Shown: in pieces, positions 10,676 to 23,698 of the stretch
Numbering within the stretch: position 1 is the first letter of the stretch
Layout of the letters: each line of letters begins with the position of its first letter
Origin: Squalus acanthias
Taxonomy: Eukaryota
DNA: 64,000 nucleotides
Assembly (NCBI GenBank): GCA_030390025.1
Contig: CM059443.1
Span: forward strand, 33,604,001-33,668,000
Direction: 5' to 3'
The notes under the pieces: model-generated
Database searches by the model: none
Seen by the model: only the letters and a program-made list of their open reading frames with translations
What the model was told of the DNA's origin: nothing
Made by a program: the position numbers and the translations under genes

Positions 10676-11305
10676 CATAGAATTATAGAAGTTTGTGGCA
10701 TAGAAGAAGGCCATTTGGCCCATCGTGCCTGTGCCGGCTAAAAGAGTTCTCCAGCTTAATCCCACTTTCCAGCTCTTGGTCCGTAGCCTTGTAGGTTACG
10801 GCACTTCAAGTGCATATCCAAGTACTTTTTAAATGTGATGAGGGTTTCTGCCTCGACCACCCTTTGAGCCAGTGAGTTCTAGACCCCCACCACCCTCTGG
10901 GTGAAAAAGTTTCTCCTCAACTCCCCTCTAATCCTTCTACCAATTACCTTACGTCTATGCCCCCTGCTTATTGACCTCTCTGCTCAGAGAAATAGGTCCT
11001 TCCTAGCCATTCTACCTAGGCCCCTCATAATTTTATACACCTCAATTAAATCTCCTCTCAGCCTCCTCTGTTCCAAAGAAAACAACCCCACTCTATCTGA
11101 CGAAGGGTCATCGACCTGCTGACTATTTCCAGCATTTTCTGTTTTTATCCCAGCCTATCTAATCTTTCCTCATAGCTAAAATTCTCCAGTCCTGGAAACA
11201 TCCTCATAAATCTCCTCTGTACCCTCTCCTAGTGCAATCACATCTTTCCTGTAAAGTGGTGACCAGAACTGTATGTAGTACTCTAGCTGTGGCCTAACTC
11301 GTGTT
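10676..11305 (-). mobile_element. CR1 LINE 3' fragment with a small PLE pLTR remnant at ~11095-11150
   Basis: catagaat tail and CR1 3' UTR/ORF2 end similar to other copies. Confidence 0.8.
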
Positions 11306-12236
11306 AGTGGCTATTTTTCACAAATTCCTAGGCGGCGAGTGTCAAAGGGCTGTTCAACCGCGTGCAGTGTCATAGTCCAGTCCAGTCCTGTCTTCGTCCA
11401 ATATTTAGATTTTGGCGATTTCACAGCATGCATTGAATTTACTCTCTACCATCAGAAGAGCATTTTTTAAAATACTATATATTAGGCATAAATAGGACAT
11501 CAGCATTGACTTTATCAACAATCTCCTATTTCACAAGTGAAACTTGACAACCTTCCATAAATACATATTAAATGTTTACGTACTCCAGCTGGGACAATTA
11601 AGTGGGGCAAGTACATTGGGAATAAAACCTAAATAGTAAGTAGAATGTATTGCTGAATATAGTAAAATTGTGAATAATTTTTTTTTAAGTTTTAGTTGCA
11701 ACCTTGGGAGTTGAAAGTCTCTCGTCCAAAAATGAGTCCCAAGTAAAATTAGTTTAGGGCATTCTTAAACCAGTGGATGCAAGCTCGCAACACCAAAACT
11801 GTCAGCAATTTGCCACAAGCTTATATAGAATGTGCAGGACTGGAACAGGACATGGAAGCCCATCGAGCTAGTCCCAAATGAAAGGAAAATACCATTGCCA
11901 GGCTTCTTGTCCACCTCAGTTGCTTGTTTCCACCAAAAATAATACCGCTGAGCTCCCTCTTGATCTAGCTGACCCGATCCAACAGACCTGGGTAATCTGA
12001 GACGTAAATTCGCCATCTGTTTATTGTAATTCTAATCTAAACTCTTCACCTTCCCTCTTTTGAGTTTGTGACCGGGCCCCCTGGGTGGGGGGGGGGGGGA
12101 GGTAACTGAGGGGGAGGGGGGGGTGGCGGGGATCAGCCAGGGTTGCTGCTAATGATATTCAGTGAGCCTAGCTGGAAATGAGGGGAACCAACAGAAATAT
12201 GATTTAAAAAGTTGAGGCTATTTTCCTCAGGATTTT

Positions 12237-12655
12237 GGGCAACACGGTGGCATAGTGGTTAGCACTGGTGCCTCACAGCGCCAGGGACCCGGGTTCGAAT
12301 CTGACCTCGGGTGACTGTCTGTGGAGTTTGCACATTCTCCCCGTGTCTGCGTGGGTTTCCTCCGGGTGCTCCGGTTTCCTCCCACAGTCCAAAAATGTGC
12401 GGGTTAGGTTGATTTGGCTATGATAAATTGACCCTTAGTGTTAGGGGGGATTAAATATGTGGGGTTATGGGGATAGGATGGGATATGTTAGGGGGAATTA
12501 AATACGTGGGGTTACGGGGGTAGGGTGGGATATGTGTACTGTGGGGATTAAAGCAGGGACAGGGTACTGGATTTTGAATGATCAGCCATGATCGTATTGA
12601 ATGGTGGAGCAGGCTCGACGGGCCGAATGGCCTACTCCTGCTCCTAGATTCTATG
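12237..12655 (+). mobile_element. HE1-like V-SINE
   Basis: tRNA head GGTGGCATAGTGG...GGTTCGAATC, V-domain GTGGAGTTTGCACATTCTCCCCGTGTCTGCGTGGGTTTCCTCCGGGTGCTCCGGTTTCCTCCCACAGTCCAAA, CR1-type tail. Confidence 0.88.
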
Positions 12656-12929
12656 TTTAAGAAGAACCACATTATGTGTGAATGTTGGGCTCCGCACAAG
12701 GGATAGCGTTTGCTGGGGAATGGAACACTTGCTTTTTGCCGCAGTCCCAATCTCGGACTGCACCAATGTGACGTTCTCCATTTCATAGTATTGCAAAGAA
12801 GTTGCAGCATAGAAACAGGCCATTCGGCCCAACTGGTCCATGCCGGTGTTTATGCTCCACCCGTGCGTCTTCCCACTCTACTTCATCTCAGCCTATCCGT
12901 CTATTCGTTTCTCCCTCATGTACTTATCT

Positions 12930-13490
12930 CTTCTTCTTAGGCAGTCCCTCGGAACCGAGGATGACTTGCTTCCACACTAAAAATGAGTTCTCAGGTGACT
13001 GATGAGTCCAATGCGGGACCTACAGTCTCTGTCACAGGTGGGGCAGACGGTGGTTGAAGGGGCGGGTGGGTGTGGGGTGCTGGGGTTGACGTGCACTCCT
13101 TGCGCTGTTTGCGCTTGGCTTCCGCTTGCTCCCGGCAAAGAGACTCGAGGTGTTCGGCGCCTTCCCGGATTGCTTCTCCCCTCACTTTGTGCAGTCTTGG
13201 GCCAGGGATTCCCAGGTGTCGGTGGGGATGTTGCACTTTTTCAAGGAGGCTTTGAGGGTGTCCTTAAAGCCTTTCCTCTGCCCACCTGGGGCTCTCTTGC
13301 CGTGTCTGAGCTCCGAGAAGAGCGCTTGTTTTGGGAGTCTCGTATCGGGCATGCGGACGATGTGGCCCGTCCATCGGAGCTGATCGAGCGCGGTCAAAGC
13401 TTCGATGCTGGGGATGTTGGCCTGAGCGAGAACACTGACGTTGGTGCGCCTATCCTGCCAATGGATTTGCAGGATCTTGCGGAGGTGATC
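12930..13490 (-). mobile_element. RTE-clade LINE 3' fragment
   Basis: ORF 13182-13604 LRKILQIHWQDRRTNVSVL...QLRWTGHIVRMPDTRLPKQALFSEL..GKR..GGQRK.FKD; (AAG)n-like tail. Confidence 0.88.
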
Positions 13491-14417
13491 CAGCTTTCCC
13501 TTAAATGCATCACTGTGCGACCGTAGCTCTGAGTAAGATCTCCAATTAGGGACAGCTTTGTGCTGTGTGCCTTGTCCACTAGCAACTAGAGTGAGACTTT
13601 CCAACTTTGTTTCACGTGCGTTACTTGCGGGAGTTCAAAACTTTGCTGTTTTAAATGATGTTGCTCTATTCCTGTGAAGCTAGTTGCCAACTATGTTTTG
13701 AGGCTGTGGTGTGTTGATGGAATGGCTGGGAGTCTGTGTGTGGTGTAGGAGTGGAGCAGTGTGGCAATCGCATGTCTCCACCTGACAGAGTGAGGGCCTG
13801 ACGTGAATTATTGGTAAGCATTTTCATTTGTGAATGGCCTCAACTTGAATTGCTGTTGACCTCACCGAATGTTTTTGAACAGCTTGCTGATTTGTGCAGC
13901 ATCATTGGATTAGAAGGAGGTAAGCAGGGGGAGTGCGTCACACGGCGGGTAGCCTGTGGGCCGGAGTGTGTCGTGTCGAGGAACGCTCAGGCTGGGATCT
14001 GCACAGAGGGCGGCGCGCAGAATGAAGTGCGTCTTTCGAGTCGGAGTGTAGAGGGAAGCGCACAGGCTAAAACGTGTCGCGTTGGAGGACAGCCCGCAGG
14101 CTGGAGTGTGTCGCGTAGCGGGAAATGTGTGGGTTGGGTAAGGCGCGGGCTGGAGTCTATATTTCAACTCATTCTCTGGGTGTGGGCTTTTCAGACAAGA
14201 GCCGGCATTTATTGCTCCCATCCCTAGTTGCCCGTGAGAATGTGGTGGCGAGCCGCCGCCTTGAACCGCTGCCGTCCGTGTGAAAGTTCTCCCACAATAC
14301 CGCCAGCAATTCTTTGTCGTAGTTTGATGCACTTGAGTGGCTTGCTAGGCCACAAAAGAGGGCAGTTCAAGGTCAGCCATGTTGGTGTGGGACTAAAGAA
14401 AAGAGAGAATTTGCATT

Positions 14418-14569
14418 CAGTGTTCCCTCTAAACTGCACGGCCGTGCAGTAATCCGCAAGGTTCCCGCGCAGGCCGCTCACAAGCTTTTACACGGGAAAC
14501 AATTTAAAGGGACCGCGCGTTGAAAGAAACAGGCCGCGCAGAACAAAGCGCAGCTTACTGGGAGCATCA
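14418..14569. mobile_element. Short hAT-like MITE (same family as 63397-63528)
   Basis: Left TIR CAGTGTTCCCTCTAAACTG, degenerate right TIR CAGCTTACTGGGAGCATC, shared internal AAAGGGACCGC and AACAGGCCGCGCAG. Confidence 0.6.
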
Positions 14570-15625
14570 CTTCTACAGCACCTTTCAAGACCTCAGGACG
14601 TCCCAAAGCGCTTTACAGCCAATGATGTACTTTAGAAATGTAGTCACTGTTGTAATGTAGAGAAAACAGCAGCCAATTTGCGGACAGCTAGTTCCTATAC
14701 TCTGGAATTCCCTCCCTAAACCTCTCCGCCTCTCTACCTCCCTTTCTTCCTTTAAGACGCTCCTTAAAACCTACCTCTTTCACCTGCCCCAATATCATCT
14801 TAGGTGGCTCGAGTGCCAAGTTTTGTTTGATTTGTTGTTGTAATGATCAGATAACCTATTTTAGTGATTTTTGGTTCAGTGATAAATATTGGCTAGGACA
14901 CTGGGGATAACTCCCCTGCTCCTCTTTGAACATAAGAACATAAGAAATAGGAGCAGGAGTCGGCCATTCAGCCCCTCGAGCCTGCTCTGCCATTCAATAA
15001 GATCATGGCTGATCTTCTACCTCATCTCCATTTTCCTGCGCTATCCCCATATCCCTTGATTCCCCTAGTATCCAAAAATCTATCGATCTTTGTCTTGAAT
15101 ATACTCAACGACTGAGCCTCCACAGCCCTCTGGGGTGGGGAATTCCAAAGATTCACCACCCTCTGAGTGAAGAAATTTCTCCTCATCTCAGTCCTAAATG
15201 GCCGACCCCTTATTCTGCGACTCTGACCCCTGGTTCTAGACTCCCCAGCCAGGGGAAACATCCTCCCTGCATCTACCCTGTCAAGCCCTGTAAGAATTTT
15301 GTATGTTTCAATGAGATCACCTCTCATTCTTCGAAACTCTGGAGAATATAGGCCTAGTCTACTCAATCTCTCCTCATAGGATAATCCCCCCATCCCAGGA
15401 ATCAGTCTGGTGAACCTCCGTTGCACTCCCTAAATAGTGCTGTGGGATCTTTTACCTCGGTTTAACGTCTCATCTGAAAGACGGCACCTCCGACAGTGCA
15501 GCACTCCCTCAGCACTGCACTGCAGTGTCAGCCTAGATTTTTTTTGTGCTCAAGGCTCTGGAGTGGGACTATGAACCCATGGCCTTCTGACTCGAGAGGC
15601 GAGGGTGCCACCAACTGAGCCAAGT
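14570..15625 (-). mobile_element. DeuSINE interrupted by an L2 piece (~14700-14830) and a CR1 3' fragment (14929-15430)
   Basis: SINE tail and head flank CR1 ORF 15022-15426 (QRRFTRLIPGMGGLSYEERL...RRNFFTQRVVNLWN) and its (aacataag)n tail. Confidence 0.8.
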
Positions 15626-15629
15626 TTGG

Positions 15630-15872
15630 CATTTATTTAGGACTGGGTAAGGACGGCAGGTTTCCTTCCCTAAAGGAGATTAGTGAACTAGTTGGTTTTT
15701 TAGGACAGCCCGACCGTTTCATGGACTCTTTCACTGATGCAAGCTACTTCCAGATTCTTAAAAAACTGAATTCACATTCTCAAACTACCGTGGTAGGATT
15801 TGGTCTCATGGGTTATTAGTTCAGACCTCTGGATTACTCTTCCAATAACATAACCTCGACGCTACTGTACCC
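15630..15872 (-). mobile_element. Diverged tRNA-derived SINE (family of 25397-25797)
   Basis: Reverse complement resembles the CCTTTAGGGAAGGAAATCTGCCGTCCTTACC core and the tRNA-like head. Confidence 0.6.
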
Positions 15873-16129
15873 CCCACAAGTGACAGAACAGTATATGACG
15901 GGACAATAAGATGCCAACATATTCAGATAACATCAGCTGCAAGATTGAAGCTTTACTGGTTCATCATCAGTTCAATCTGGTCTGTGTTACTGTGTTTGGT
16001 ATGTACACCTGGAGATCACAGGGCAGCTTTAATTCCACTTCTGTGCATTGTATATATGGAGTTTGGCTGTCAGTGTGCCTCCATGATGAAATCAAGTGAT
16101 TTGGATGAATTGCTATTGTAACATGAAGG

Positions 16130-17185
16130 TTTTCTTTTATTCGTTTATGGGATGTGGGCGTCGCTGGCAAAGCCAGCATTTATTGCCCATCCCTAATTGC
16201 CCTCGAGAAGGTGGTGGTGAGCCGCCTTCTTGAACTGCTGCAGTCCCGTGTGGTGAAGGTACTCCCACAGTGCTGTTAGGGAGGGGGTTCCAGGATTTTG
16301 CCCAGCGACAATGAAGGAACGGCGATATACTTCTAAGTCAGGATGGTGTGTGACTTGGAGGGGAACTTGGAGGTGGTGGTGTTCCCATACGCCTGCTGCC
16401 CTTGTCCTAGGTGGAAGAGGTCGCGGGTTTGGGAGGTGCTGCCGAAGAAGCCTTGGTGAGTTGCTGCAGTGCATCTTGTAGATGGTACACATTGCAGCCA
16501 TGGTGCGCCGGTGGTGGAAGGAGTCAATGTTTAAGGTGGTAGATGGGGTGCCAATCAAGCGGGCTGCTTTGCCCTGGATGGTGTCGAGCTTCTTGAGTGT
16601 TGTTGGAGCTGCACTCATCCAGGCAAGTGGAGAGTATTCCATCACACTCCTTACTTGTGCCTTGTAGATGGTGGAAAGGCTTTGGGGAGTCAGGATGTGA
16701 GACACTCGCCGCAGAATACCTAGCCTCTGACCTGCTCTTGTTGCCACAGTATTTATGTGGCTGGTCCAGTTAAGTTTCTGGTCAATGGTGACCCCCAGGA
16801 TGTTGATAGTGGGGGATTCGGCGATGGTAATGCCGTTGAATGTCAAGGGGAGGTGGTTAGACTCTCGCTTGTTGGAGATAGTCATTGCCTCGCACTTTTG
16901 TGGCTCGAATGTTACCTGCCACTTATCAGCCCAAGCCTGAACGTCGTCCAGATCTTGTTGCATGCGGGCATGGACTGCTTCATTATCTGAGGAGTTGTGA
17001 ATGGCACTGAACACTGTGCAATCATCAGCAAACATCCCCATTTCTGACCTTATGTTGGAGGGAAGGTCATTGATGAAGCAGCTGAAGATGGTTGGGCCTC
17101 GGACACTGCCCTGAGGAACTTCTGCAGTGATGTCCTGGGGCTGTGATGATTGACCTCCAACCACCACAACCATCTTCCTTTGTGA
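16130..17185 (-). mobile_element. CR1-group LINE (second family) RT fragment and 3' UTR
   Basis: ORF 16193-17209 VPQGSV.GPTIFSCFINDLP..MFADDC..WADKWQVTF..YKAQVRSVMEY; 3' end GGGATGGGCAATAAATGCTGGC...CCCACATCCC. Confidence 0.9.
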
Positions 17186-17792
17186 TTTCGACTGTTCTGG
17201 TACTGACATTCTTTTATTACACGTTACAGAGGAAGTGCATCGCTTTTTGTATATAATTTACAGTAGCATTTTGGTTTCAGGTCTGTTAATTTTCTGCTCA
17301 GAGCCAAGTCTTGTTCTCCTTTACTCTGCCAATTTTCTTCCCTTATTGACTCTTAATTGGAATACTGTTCCGTTAATTACCAGTCAGCATCCAGTACCTT
17401 TCCCAAATGTCCATATTTCATGAGTGGGCGTGGACGGTGGGTGTCCGCTGGTTATTTGACTCTGGAAGGGGGCATTTCAGCCAAGTCCAATTCTGTCTTC
17501 CTTCCCACACAGACCTCTGGTGCAGATCACGGAATAACAACTGGGTGTGGGAGCCCGAGCCAATGTTTCCCACCCTACTCGAGGTAATTGTGGCACCTGC
17601 CTGAAATGATCTAACTCGGGGACATGCTGATAATCGAATCTCGGAACTTGATGATCTGCATGACTGAACTGCTTGCTGGCTTAACTTGCTTGAGCTGTTG
17701 GAGCGACCCCAGCCTCCCCTCCCCATCCCTGGAATGAAGTCTAATAATCGGGGTACTCTGCTGTATGCTCAGCGACAATTACTTTTCAGTTT

Positions 17793-18280
17793 ACATAAGA
17801 AATAGGAGCAGGAGCAGGCCATTTGTCCCTTCGAGCCTGCTCCGCCATTCAATAAGATCATGGCTGATCATCGACCTCATCTCCACTTTCCTGCCCTATC
17901 CCCATATCCCTTGATTCCCTTAATATTCAAAAATCTAGCGATCTCTGTCTTGAATATACTCCACGACTGAGCCTCCACAGCCCTCTGGGGTAGAGAATTC
18001 CAAAGATTCACCAGTTTACCCAACGTGACATCTGTACAGTGACTGTCCTTAATAAACAAGTCCAGGTAAAGAAAAGAAGACTTGCATTTCTGTAGCGCCT
18101 TTCATGACCTCAGGGCATCCCAAAGCGCTTTACAGCCAATTAAGTACTTTTTGAAGTGCAGTCATTGTTGTAATGTAGGAAACGCGGCAGCCAATTTGCG
18201 CACAGCAAGCTCCCACAAACAGCAATGTGACCATGACCAGATAATCTGTTGGTTGAAGGATAAATATTGGCCCAGGACAC
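17793..18280 (-). mobile_element. CR1 3' end (17793-18012) plus DeuSINE 3' half (18065-18280)
   Basis: Match to other copies in the window. Confidence 0.75.
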
Positions 18281-18307
18281 CATAGAAACCTAATTTGCTT
18301 ATCCGAC

Positions 18308-18418
18308 AGCAAAATACTGCGGATGCTGGAAATCCGAAATAACAACAGAAAACGCTGGAAAAACTCAGCAGGCCAGGCAGCATCCGTGGAGAGAGAAACA
18401 GAGTTAACGTTTCAGGTC
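18308..18418 (-). mobile_element. PLE family 2 pLTR fragment (3' half of the hammerhead)
   Basis: Minus strand reads GACCTGAAACGTTAACTCTGTTTCTCTCTCCACGGATGCTGCC, as at 26435-26510. Confidence 0.75.
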
Positions 18419-19365
18419 CGCATTACATGGCAGTAACTGTAAAAATCACAGACTTTGGATTCTAACTCGAAAGTACAGACCGGGATGAGTCAAAAGCTGC
18501 CAGGGCAAAAGGAAATTATAATCTTAACAAGCAGAGAGATTTTTCGACATCTTGCTTTGATACCACATAATTTTACTCCTTCAGTAAGAATGTGTTTCAC
18601 CCACAGTGTTTTTACATAAGTACAGGCACAGCAAAAAAAAAACCAACATATTTCTTGAAGGATTATAAAATGCATATTTTTTTTGAACCAACGGTAATTA
18701 TACGTTTGCCTGTAGTACTGTGGCTTGAGGACAGCATGTAGCGTATAGGCAATGTATAAACAGGCTACTCAGCAAACCACATCCTTCAAAAAGGTCATTG
18801 TACGGTAATAGCAAGCCATGTACAAGGCCAAGTACAGTAAGGATGGAGTATTTTGCTGCTAACCAGGGCTTATCGTCGATTGGAAAAAAAAAAGTTCAAC
18901 CACGCAGCTCATGGGTAAAAGCCTAACGGGTTTTACGTGCCTGATTTGATAGAGTAGAATGCTGTTTGAGTGCTGGAATCATAGTGAAACAGTAATGGTG
19001 CGTGTGCGAAATTTTCATGCAGCCAGATACTTTGTGTGCGTATTTCCTCCACACTTGGATATTATCAATGCCTCAAGGTGCTTCGTCGTTAGACTGAGCG
19101 AACGCAGAGAAATGGAAGGAGAGACTAGGAGAGGTGTCCGAAAGCTTGGATGAGTAGATGAATTTTTAGTAGGTTTTTCAAGGTGGGCAGAAGAGAGATG
19201 GAGCGGATTAAAGAAGGGGTTCCACTGAATTGGGTGGCAGCTGAAGGGAGGACCAGCGTTCCAGCATGAGGAGGGGCATGAAGAGAGAAAGAGGAACGTC
19301 TCTGACACTGTGACAATAGTGTAAACATAATAAAACAATTTAACAATCAGATTTAGCAATACAGA

Positions 19366-21901
19366 GGACCTGTACATATTCACCGCCCCAATGCAGAGGG
19401 CCAGTACATATTCACCGCACCAGAAGAGGACCAGTACATATTCACTGCATCAGTAGAATGGACCTGTACATATTCACCGCACCAGTAGAGGACCAGTACA
19501 TATTCACCGCACCAGTAGAATGGACCAGTACATATTCACCGCACCAGTAGAATGGACCAGTACATATTCACCGCACCAGTAGAATGGACCAGTACATATT
19601 CACCGCACCAGTAGAATGGACCTGTACATATTCACCGCACCAGTAGAATGGACCAGTACATATTCACCGCACCAGTAGAATGGACCAGTACATATTCACC
19701 GCACCAGTAGAATGGACCAGTACATATTCACCGCACCAGTAGAATGGACCTGTACATATTCACCGCACCAGTAGAGGACCAGTACATATTCACCGCACCA
19801 GTAGAATGGACCAGTACATATTCACCGCACCAGTAGAATGGACCAGTACATATTCACTGCACCAGTAGAATGGACCTGTACATACTCACCGCACCAGTAG
19901 AATGGACCTGTACATATTCACCGCACCAGTAGAATGGACCAGTACATATTCACCGCACCAGTAGAATGGACCAGTACATATTCACCGCACCAGTAGAATG
20001 GACCAGTACATATTCACTGCACCAGTAGAATGGACCAGTACATATTCACTGCACCAGTAGAATGGACCAGTACATATTCACCGCACCAGTAGAATGGACC
20101 TGTACATATTCACTGCACCAGTAGAATGGACCTGTACATATTCACTGCACCAGTAGAATGGACCTGTACATATTCACTGCACCAGTAGAATGGACCAGTA
20201 CATATTCACTGCACCAGTAGAATGGACCAGTACATATTCACCGCACCAGTAGAATGGACCTGTACATATTCACTGCACCAGTAGAATGGACCAGTACATA
20301 TTCACCGCACCAGTAGAATGGACCAGTACATATTCACTGCACCAGTAGAATGGACCAGTACATACTCACCGCACCAGTAGAATGGACCAGTACATACTCA
20401 CCGCACCAGTAGAATGGACCAGTACATACTCACCGCACCAGTAGAATGGACCAGTACATACTCACCGCACCAGTAGAATGGACCAGTACATATTCACCGC
20501 ACCAGTAGAATGGACCTGTACATATTCACTGCACCAGTAGAATGGACCAGTACATATTCACCGCACCAGTAGAATGGACCAGTACATATTCACTGCACCA
20601 GTAGAATGGACCAGTACATACTCACCGCACCAGTAGAATGGACCAGTACATACTCACCGCACCAGTAGAATGGACCAGTACATACTCACCGCACCAGTAG
20701 AATGGACCAGTACATATTCACTGCACCAGTAGAATGGACCAGTACATATTCACCGCACCAGTAGAATGGACCAGTACATATTCACTGCACCAGTAGAATG
20801 GACCTGTACATATTCACTGCACCAGTAGAATGGACCTGTACATATTCACTGCACCAGTAGAATGGACCAGTACATATTCACTGCACCAGTAGAATGGACC
20901 AGTACATATTCACCGCACCAGTAGAATGGACCTGTACATATTCACTGCACCAGTAGAATGGACCAGTACATATTCACCGCACCAGTAGAATGGACCAGTA
21001 CATATTCACTGCACCAGTAGAATGGACCAGTACATACTCACCGCACCAGTAGAATGGACCAGTACATACTCACCGCACCAGTAGAATGGACCAGTACATA
21101 CTCACCGCACCAGTAGAATGGACCAGTACATACTCACCGCACCAGTAGAATGGACCAGTACATATTCACCGCACCAGTAGAATGGACCTGTACATATTCA
21201 CTGCACCAGTAGAATGGACCAGTACATATTCACCGCACCAGTAGAATGGACCAGTACATATTCACTGCACCAGTAGAATGGACCAGTACATACTCACCGC
21301 ACCAGTAGAATGGACCAGTACATACTCACCGCACCAGTAGAATGGACCAGTACATACTCACCGCACCAGTAGAATGGACCAGTACATATTCACTGCACCA
21401 GTAGAATGGACCAGTACATATTCACCGCACCAGTAGAATGGACCTGTACATATTCACTGCACCAGTAGAATGGACCAGTACATATTCACCGCACCAGTAG
21501 AATGGACCAGTACATATTCACCGCACCAGTAGAATGGACCAGTACATACTCACCGCACCAGTAGAATGGACCAGTACATACTCACCGCACCAGTAGAATG
21601 GACCAGTACATACTCACCGCACCAGTAGAATGGACCAGTACATACTCACCGCACCAGTAGAATGGACCAGTACATACTCACCGCACCAGTAGAATGGACC
21701 AGTACATACTCACCGCACCAGTAGAATGGACCAGTACATACTCACCGCACCAGTAGAATGGACCAGTACATACTCACCGCACCAGTAGAATGGACCAGTA
21801 CATACTCACCGCACCAGTAGAATGGACCAGTACATATTCACCGCACCAGTAGAATGGACCAGTACATACTCACCGCACCAGTAGAATGGACCAGTACATA
21901 C
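19366..21901. repeat. 32-bp minisatellite, about 79 copies
   Basis: Unit GCACCAGTAGAATGGACC(A/T)GTACATA(T/C)TCAC(C/T); degenerate units at the left edge; occasional 30-bp units; no spacers. Confidence 0.98.
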
Positions 21902-22352
21902 CTACAAGTGGCCATTAGAAAGCACCAATATATCCACAGTAGCTCGCAATTTCTCCAAAAGAGGTGAGAACCAGTTCCTGCAAATTTCGCCACAACATTC
22001 CGCTTTACAAGTGATGGCACGTTGGTGTACCTCCAACTTCTGGTCTGCCAAGCCTGTCACCACTATAGTTTCAGTGTAATTACATGTTGCAAGTCTATAG
22101 AGAGGGCTGATTGAGCTGTCTGCTTTTGCTAGTTTTCCAAGTTGGCAAGTATGATCATAAACTGCAGTAATCTTGATAATCACACTAAATAGATTAGAAG
22201 AAAGTAGATGGCAAAGACGATAATTGAATCATGTATGGCAGACTTGCAGGCAAAGAAATGGACTCACCATTGTGAAAAGACGGCGCTAGTTCATGACTGA
22301 ACCAAGAGGAAGGTGAACAAAACCTCAGCTAGGTTTTCTTGTACTATACCAG

Positions 22353-22812
22353 CGTCAGCACGACTCAATTGGTGGCACACTTGCCTCTGAATCAGAAGGC
22401 CGTTGGTTCAAACCCTAACTCAGGACTTGGCACAATCAAGGCTGACACCCCAGTGCAGTACTGAGGGAGTGCTGCGTGGTCGGAGATGCCGTCCTTTGGG
22501 TGAAAGGTTAACCAGAGATAAATCTGCCTCCTGCTGTGGTTCAGGTGGGCATTAAAAGATCCCAAAGAAAAATAAGGGAGTGTTCTTGGTGTCCTGACCA
22601 ATATTCCTCCCTCAAGCAACACCATGAAAAAAAACAAATTAATTGTTCATGCGCCCAATTGCTAGTTTGTGAGATCTTGCTGTGCTCAAATTGACTTGTC
22701 GTGTTTGTTTGGCTAACAGCAGTGACTGCACGTCAAAAAGTAATCCATTGAAGTTAGCACTTTGGAATCTTTCTGAGAGATGTGATACGGTTCTATATAA
22801 ATGCAAGTCTCT
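22353..22812 (+). mobile_element. Diverged DeuSINE
   Basis: tRNA head, Deu core and TATATAAATGCAAGTCT tail. Confidence 0.7.
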
Positions 22813-23234
22813 TTTAATAACTTCTAAAATGTCAAAATGATGACCTTGCTCCATCTCTTGTCAGTACAGTGGATCACTGGTGTAAAATCATGTCACTTCA
22901 ACCTTTTAAAGGATTGTTTTCTCCTAATTCATTCCACCCAGATCTGTTTTCTGCAGTTGGCAAATCAAAGGGCACAAAGGTAGGAAGCCAGCTGGACCAG
23001 TGCCAGTCCCTGGAGAAGTCCATCTGTCCCATTTACACCATTTCTCTCTCCCTTTCAGCTCGGTTGAATCACAGTGGTGTTGGGATATAACCGTGCCAAT
23101 ACAAATCATCTTGCCATCTTTTTAAAAAAAGAAGTCCCTCAAGACTAGCCTCTAAGTAGCCTCACATCGGTCTTGTGCCAGTACACTCAGCGGCATGCTG
23201 AAGACCCATGTTGTGTTATTTAATGTAATGAAAG

Positions 23235-23698
23235 AGAAAAGAAAGATTTGCATTTTACAGCGCCTTTCACGACCTCAGGACGTCCCAAAGCGCTTTACAG
23301 CCAATGACGTACTTTTGAAATGTAATCACTGGTATAATATAGGAAAAGCGGCAGCCAATTTGTGCACAGCAAAGATCCACAAACAGCAATATGATAATAG
23401 CCAGATAATTTTTTTAAAGGGATAAATATTGGGCAGGACAACGGGGTGAACTCCCCCCGCTCTTCCTTGAATAGTGGCCGTGGGACCTTTTGGGTCCACC
23501 TGAGAGGTCAGACGGAGCCTCGGTTTAACGTCTCATCCGAAAGACGGCACCTCCGATAGTGCGGCGCTCCCTCGGCACTGCACTGGAGGGTCAGCCTGGA
23601 TTGCGGGGCTCGAGTCTCTGGAGCGGAGGGGGGGGCGGTTGAACCTCAAAACCTTCTGACTCAGAGGTGAAAGTGCTACCCACGGAGCCATGGCTGAC
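23235..23698 (-). mobile_element. Full-length DeuSINE
   Basis: Reverse complement of the family consensus from head to tail. Confidence 0.85.

Noticed and set aside
11765-12016. 83-aa ORF in unique sequence
   Set aside because: No recognisable homology, splice signals or coding bias
12237-12315. tRNA gene (also the other A/B-box heads)
   Set aside because: Each continues directly into a SINE body and lacks a complete cloverleaf and terminator
19366-21901. CRISPR-like array (32-bp periodicity)
   Set aside because: Units are contiguous with no unique spacers, there are no cas genes, and the context is vertebrate
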